Source: an uncultured virus (IMG/VR IMGVR_UViG_3300036716_001108) (Duplodnaviria; Heunggongvirae; Uroviricota; Caudoviricetes). Taken from it: a DNA stretch of 20,000 nucleotides. Location of the stretch: IMG/VR virus record IMGVR_UViG_3300036716_001108. One strand, given 5' to 3'. Positions 15,162 through 20,000 of this stretch are shown here, in pieces. The notes under the pieces were generated by a model. It made no database searches. It was given only the letters and a program-made list of their open reading frames with translations, and was not told the DNA's origin. Within the stretch, counting starts at the first letter, position 1, and every line of letters begins with the position of its first letter. The position numbers and the translations under genes were made by a program.

Positions 15162-16865
15162 TTATCCACCCCATTTCGCACTTAACATTTCAAGTGTTGC
15201 CTGTGTTGAACCATTAAATCGAATATTCATTTTTAAAGTACCAGTACCATATGCTTTATTGAAAACCTTAAACTCAAATACAACACCTGCTGCAGTATTA
15301 GTATCAGTAATATTAATCTTTCCTTTTAATTCTAATCCACCACTTGATTGATACTTTTGAACTTTAGCTCCTTTACCCGAAGTACTCCCTACTACCTTAA
15401 AAAAGGTAGGACTATAATCAGTAATTCCAAGAGCAAATGCTGCAGTATCTACAAATGTTGATTTACTTTGTTTTAATAAATCAGCCATAAACTTAAACAT
15501 CTTTAGTGATGCATATTTTTGATATAAGAACTCAGCACTTTTAACACCAGTTAGTTTACCCTTATCATCTATTCCGATGTTAAAATCTGAACCATATTTA
15601 TAAGAATATCTACTACTATCTAATTTACCAGATATTTCTTTTCTCCACTCACTTATTTGGTCTGATACTGAAACTGCCCACCCACTTGGTTCTTCATCAG
15701 GTAATTCTTGTTCACCTTTAGTTAAATTATAATCAAATTTTGTTGTTAAAGAATCCCAACTCTTTAAATATCCTTTTCCTTTACCAGCTTGTGCTTTTGC
15801 CTGTTTTAAAGATACACCGACAATATTACCATCCGTAGCTCCCCAATCGGATACGAATAAATTATTTAATGGAGCAATTCGTTCTACTTCAGAATCACCC
15901 GTACCAGCACTTATTGTAGGTGAACCTTTTACAAGAAAAGCATCTGCTGGATTCCATTTATCAGGATGTAAACCTGTAATACCTTTTGCAGTACTTCTAG
16001 CAGAAGAATGTAATTTATCTCTATCCCACTTCCAAGAACCATAACTTGATTTACATTTTAATGCAATAGATAATGGGTCATTTAATTGATTTAAAATATC
16101 TTTTTTAGGTTTTTCTGTTGGTAATCCACTTAACCATTTCTTTATATCACTTTTTGTTTTAGAACTTTCACCTTGTATTCCACTTATATTCTTTATTAAT
16201 ATAGAAAGAATTTTCTTTATATTTTGTGGTGTAACTGGAGATTTAACATCACTCTGAAACATTAAACCTACCATTCCCTCTTTCATATCAGTAGTAGTTG
16301 CACCTGCAGCTTTACCTGTTTTCAATCCCTTAAATGCTATAAGAATATTAACATACTTTGGTCTCCATGGCAATTTACCACTTACTGATTGTGTATGTTT
16401 TTTCCATCCACCTTTTTGCAATCTAACTTTATTAATAAATATTTTTTGTGCAGCATCAACAACAGGACCTCTACTATCTCTACCAATTTCTTTTAAATCT
16501 AAAACTACTTGTACCGATGGTTCTTTTCCTTTTTTTAAGTTAACCACTTCCATACTTCTAATACTTACTTTTCCACCTGTACTTGAATCTTTAGCTAATC
16601 TTTTAACAAAATCATCTACATATTTTTTAATAGCATCGTGTGGATTATCACCTCGTTTATCACCATAAACTTCACCAAACCCACCACTATCAAATTTAGC
16701 CTCTGTAAGTGTTTTTATTAACTCGATACGAGCATCAGCAGGCCATTTGAATTCTTTCAATACATCATATAATTTAATTAAATGTTGTTCGTTTTCAAAA
16801 TCAGGACTTCCTTCATGAACTCTATAACTTAACTCATTTAATATTTTTTTAATGTCTGTTATCAT
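15162..16865 (-). CDS. Large hypothetical protein with a possible PD-(D/E)xK-like nuclease region
   Basis: DKWNPADAFLV ... VGVSLKQ resembles a PD...SxK active-site variant. Confidence 0.55.
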   Translation of the reverse strand: MITDIKKILNELSYRVHEGSPDFENEQHLIKLYDVLKEFKWPADARIELIKTLTEAKFDSGGFGEVYGDKRGDNPHDAIKKYVDDFVKRLAKDSSTGGKVSIRSMEVVNLKKGKEPSVQVVLDLKEIGRDSRGPVVDAAQKIFINKVRLQKGGWKKHTQSVSGKLPWRPKYVNILIAFKGLKTGKAAGATTTDMKEGMVGLMFQSDVKSPVTPQNIKKILSILIKNISGIQGESSKTKSDIKKWLSGLPTEKPKKDILNQLNDPLSIALKCKSSYGSWKWDRDKLHSSARSTAKGITGLHPDKWNPADAFLVKGSPTISAGTGDSEVERIAPLNNLFVSDWGATDGNIVGVSLKQAKAQAGKGKGYLKSWDSLTTKFDYNLTKGEQELPDEEPSGWAVSVSDQISEWRKEISGKLDSSRYSYKYGSDFNIGIDDKGKLTGVKSAEFLYQKYASLKMFKFMADLLKQSKSTFVDTAAFALGITDYSPTFFKVVGSTSGKGAKVQKYQSSGGLELKGKINITDTNTAAGVVFEFKVFNKAYGTGTLKMNIRFNGSTQATLEMLSAKWGG

Positions 16866-17347
16866 TTAATTTCCTTACTCCACGGCGATACTTTTACTGG
16901 AAGATTATAACCCAATGCCACACCTAACATCAATCGTGTATTTCCACCTAATAAATATAAAGTTCCTTTATTATCTTTAATCACGATAGGTGGTGCAAAT
17001 GGAACTTTCTTTTTAATACCATCTATAATTCTTTTATAATTTTTTTTATATTTTTTAGCCATTTCAATGGCCTTTTCCAATCTATCATCAGGATGAGTAT
17101 CCAATATTTCACCTACATCAGTATTACTTATAGCCCTTAATTCTGTTTCATCAAAAAATTCGTATGGTGCAGTTTTTATACTGCTCCTACCATCATCTCT
17201 ATCTTTCCACATTTTTGGCAATTTGGATTGAGTATAATCATTTCTAAAATACTCATCTATTTCCTCTTCAATTTCATCATGTTTATATGGACGAAAATAT
17301 TTGTAATTTTTTAATGATTCAATTAATATGTCTTTTAAACTATACAT
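16862..17347 (-). CDS. ParB/sulfiredoxin-like domain protein
   Basis: PPIVI......YLLGGNTRL matches the ParB/Srx GxxR motif region. Confidence 0.6.
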   Translation of the reverse strand: MYSLKDILIESLKNYKYFRPYKHDEIEEEIDEYFRNDYTQSKLPKMWKDRDDGRSSIKTAPYEFFDETELRAISNTDVGEILDTHPDDRLEKAIEMAKKYKKNYKRIIDGIKKKVPFAPPIVIKDNKGTLYLLGGNTRLMLGVALGYNLPVKVSPWSKEIK

Positions 17348-18608
17348 TAAATTTCTCTGTTATGTCTCGCATCTCATGATAGTTATCTCCCATTGATACT
17401 TTAGTTGGATATTTACCATCTTGTTCTAATATACCCTTTACTTTCTTTAGATAATCTAACCCATCTTCCTTATCAAAGTCAAGCAAAAAAGAATCGTAAT
17501 TATACAACACTAATCTACTAGCATACTCTCCATTCTCTATCTCTGGTAATAGAGTATTTAAAATCCTAATGTTATTTTCTGTTTCTAACAATTGTACTTT
17601 ATAATTAAATACTTTATTCGGATTCATAGATTGCATATTTTTCCTGTATATTTTCCGATAATAAATATCTGATTCTATGAAATCCTGTCTTTTATATACC
17701 CCCCACAAGTCCTTTATATACTCGTCTACCATACCAAAGAACGGGTTTTCTTTCATTTCAGTAGTTATACCACCATATAAATACTTGAAAGTTAATGATT
17801 TTCCTTCATCATAACTCAATCCATATGTTTTTGCTAAGTGTTCGTGTGCCGAACCATTCGGGAATTCATAACCAATTAAATCTCCAATCAATCTTGGATG
17901 GTATGCATCAAAATCAAACTCAACCAATACACCACCTTTATGTCTACTGATAAATTGTTTTCTACTACCATCTTTTTTATTGAGAGCTGCAAAGTTAGTT
18001 CCACCAAATCTATTACTTGGTCGACCTGTTGATGTGTATGGATTATACTCTGAATATACCACTTTTTCATCTGTAGTGTATAATCCTTTATCTTCTATTT
18101 TTAATAAAACTTCCAAGATAGTTTGGTCATAATCTTTTTCAAAATTTCTAATTAAGTCTTCTGATAAATTACTAAAGTATTCGGCATGTTTTACTAATGG
18201 AATAACATCATTTACATTTTCTTTCTCATAATGTAATCTATAATTATGATGATGTGCATTTGTTAAATGTTTATCAAAATCATATGGTTCATTTGTTTTC
18301 ATATAATGACACCAATTCAAATCATATACTTCTGTTGAATTTATCATTGAACAATGTTTATAAGATTTTAAATCAGATACAAGTATTGTTGAATTAGTAT
18401 CCCATTGTACTGTATCTTCTGAAAACCTTTCATTATGATGAACTGGTATAATATATTCATTCTGTAAAGTTCTAATATAATAACAAGATACACGATTCTC
18501 TTTTGGATGTTTATTCACATCGGAATACATTTGTAAATATATAAGTGGGTGTTTCCGAATCTTCTTTAAAGCATCGGACAACTTTTCCATTGTATTAATT
18601 ATTATCAT
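17340..18608 (-). CDS. Compact family A DNA polymerase-like protein
   Basis: It contains TSTGRPSN, motif A-like FDFDAYHPRLI, motif B-like KSLTFKYLYG, FNYKVQ..E and motif C-like LYNYDSFLLD, in only 422 aa. Confidence 0.82.
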   Translation of the reverse strand: MIIINTMEKLSDALKKIRKHPLIYLQMYSDVNKHPKENRVSCYYIRTLQNEYIIPVHHNERFSEDTVQWDTNSTILVSDLKSYKHCSMINSTEVYDLNWCHYMKTNEPYDFDKHLTNAHHHNYRLHYEKENVNDVIPLVKHAEYFSNLSEDLIRNFEKDYDQTILEVLLKIEDKGLYTTDEKVVYSEYNPYTSTGRPSNRFGGTNFAALNKKDGSRKQFISRHKGGVLVEFDFDAYHPRLIGDLIGYEFPNGSAHEHLAKTYGLSYDEGKSLTFKYLYGGITTEMKENPFFGMVDEYIKDLWGVYKRQDFIESDIYYRKIYRKNMQSMNPNKVFNYKVQLLETENNIRILNTLLPEIENGEYASRLVLYNYDSFLLDFDKEDGLDYLKKVKGILEQDGKYPTKVSMGDNYHEMRDITEKFNV

Positions 18609-19495
18609 TGACCTATCTTATGTTTAACATAAGTAACTATTTGTTCTGCAATATTTGTTTTACAATATTTATCCATTCCTTCAAATCCTGGTGAAGAGTT
18701 AACCTCACATATACTATACGATTCCCCATCAAATAACAAGTCCACTCCTGCTATATCCAAACCAAGTAATCTTGCAGATTCACCACCCAACCATTCTATA
18801 TCTGCATCAATTTGATATGGAATACCTTCACCACCTCTTGTGATATTAGCTCTGAAATCACCATCTACTGATTGTCTCATCATACAACCAACAACTTTAC
18901 CATTGACAACAAGCACTCTCAAATCTTTACCATGAGAATCTTTAATAAATTCTTGAATGATAATATTGTAACTTGGTTTCGTTATCTCTGCCATTTTCAA
19001 TAATTGTTGTAATTGGTTTCTATTCTCACACAGAAATACACCTGCTCCAAAAGAACCACTAAGAGTTTTTATAATTGCAGGATATCCTATGTTCTTTTCT
19101 ACAAATTCTACATTAATTGGGTGTTTAACCAATAGTGTTTTTGGTACTGGTAGATTTGATTGTCCTAATACTTGTTGTGTGTATAACTTATCTTTAACAT
19201 TATCTATCGAATCACTACCATTAATAAGTATCACTCCCAACCGCTCTAAATGTCGAATAATTGCTTTAATAAAGTAAGTTGTTCCACTACCTGTTCGTGG
19301 TATTACAAAATCTGGAAGTGTTCTCGCCTTACCATCAACCAAAATACTTTTCCTATCATCTCTATCTACAAAAATATCTACAGCGTCTGGGTGCACTACT
19401 CGAACCTTAATTTCTTGTTTCTCAAATTCTTCTATAAGTTTTTGAGTTTCCCAAGACTCTTCTATAGGATTTTTATATAATATCCAACCGTTCAT
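18605..19495 (-). CDS. rimK: RimK-family ATP-grasp alpha-L-glutamate ligase
   Basis: VIPRTG, DKL.TQQ.L...LPVPKT, IIK...GSFGAGV, IQEFI....G.DLRVLVV, FRANI.RGG, GVDLL and EVNSSPGFEG motifs are present. Confidence 0.92.
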   Translation of the reverse strand: MNGWILYKNPIEESWETQKLIEEFEKQEIKVRVVHPDAVDIFVDRDDRKSILVDGKARTLPDFVIPRTGSGTTYFIKAIIRHLERLGVILINGSDSIDNVKDKLYTQQVLGQSNLPVPKTLLVKHPINVEFVEKNIGYPAIIKTLSGSFGAGVFLCENRNQLQQLLKMAEITKPSYNIIIQEFIKDSHGKDLRVLVVNGKVVGCMMRQSVDGDFRANITRGGEGIPYQIDADIEWLGGESARLLGLDIAGVDLLFDGESYSICEVNSSPGFEGMDKYCKTNIAEQIVTYVKHKIGQ

Positions 19496-19998
19496 TTATT
19501 AACCTTTGTTATTTTTTCGTACCAGGGACTAAACCAATTCAATACATCTGTTTGACTTCCATACACTTTTAATAAATCTCTTTTCTTTAATAATAAATCT
19601 TGTGGTAATCTAATATCATGATTTTTATCAAAACACCATAATAATTCTGGTCTCAAATGATTCAACACATCATGTAATGCTCTATGTCTTGGATGACCGT
19701 ATTCACCTTGTTTATTATGTGTTACTATCTTTGTATATTTTCTTTCTCTCAATACTCTTAACAGTTCATAGATAAGTTTCTCTCTATAATAATCTTCACC
19801 ACCTTTGTATCCAGTCCAATGTTCATATTCCTTTATACCTATAAATTTCATAGAATTTTTAAGTTCTTTTTTTCTAACTTCATTATGATATTCATCTACT
19901 ACTACAACTTTATATTCTTTTGGGTGTGATAATAATTCAGCACCACCAAATAGTGCTTCATCGTCTGGGTGTGCTACAATCATTATCTTATCAATCAC
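19492..19998 (-). CDS. PIG-L / LmbE-family N-acetylsugar deacetylase
   Basis: Metal-binding motifs VAHPDDE and THN..GEYGHP.H are present. The GTG start is at the window edge and the gene could extend further. Confidence 0.85.
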   Translation of the reverse strand: MIDKIMIVAHPDDEALFGGAELLSHPKEYKVVVVDEYHNEVRKKELKNSMKFIGIKEYEHWTGYKGGEDYYREKLIYELLRVLRERKYTKIVTHNKQGEYGHPRHRALHDVLNHLRPELLWCFDKNHDIRLPQDLLLKKRDLLKVYGSQTDVLNWFSPWYEKITKVNK

Positions 19999-20000
19999 AG

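Noticed and set aside
573..19480. Short plus-strand and nested ORFs in the ORF track (e.g. 573-755, 633-878, 4164-4457, 9932-10192, 10229-10501, 17888-18070, 19089-19480)
   Set aside because: They are antisense or out-of-frame shadows of well-supported genes and carry no motifs.
1..20000. Alternative genetic code or cellular chromosome origin
   Set aside because: Long intact ORFs tile the minus strand under the standard code. The gp32-like SSB, gp41-like helicase, stand-alone exonuclease and early-promoter island indicate a phage.

Overview
This is an AT-rich segment of a large tailed dsDNA phage genome, probably aquatic. All credible genes are on the minus strand and tightly packed, many with ATGA/TAATG overlaps. 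In transcription order (right to left) it encodes a PIG-L-type deacetylase, a RimK-type ATP-grasp ligase, an unusually compact family A DNA polymerase-like protein, a ParB/Srx-like protein and a PD-(D/E)xK-like protein. Next come small membrane/lipoprotein and early hypothetical genes driven by three copies of a sigma70-type promoter, then an ~1.1 kb non-coding block. After that lies a T4-like replication module (gp32-like SSB, RecA/UvsX, 5'-3' exonuclease, DNA methyltransferase, DnaB/gp41-like helicase). It ends with an auxiliary block: class II B12-dependent ribonucleotide reductase, a complete TonB-dependent receptor and a type II glutamine synthetase that runs off the window. The main unexplained signal is the non-coding block at 11350-12480, which appears to hold two highly structured RNA units, each behind its own candidate promoter. 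One is an ornate ~410 nt RNA with many long-range helices and a duplicated hairpin module. The other is an ~440 nt string of structured modules including a tRNA-like T-arm unit. Other notable items are a clean H-type pseudoknot in the TonB-receptor leader and an apparently thumb-less PolA. All calls come from motif recognition and manual base-pair inspection; no database searches or folding programs were run.
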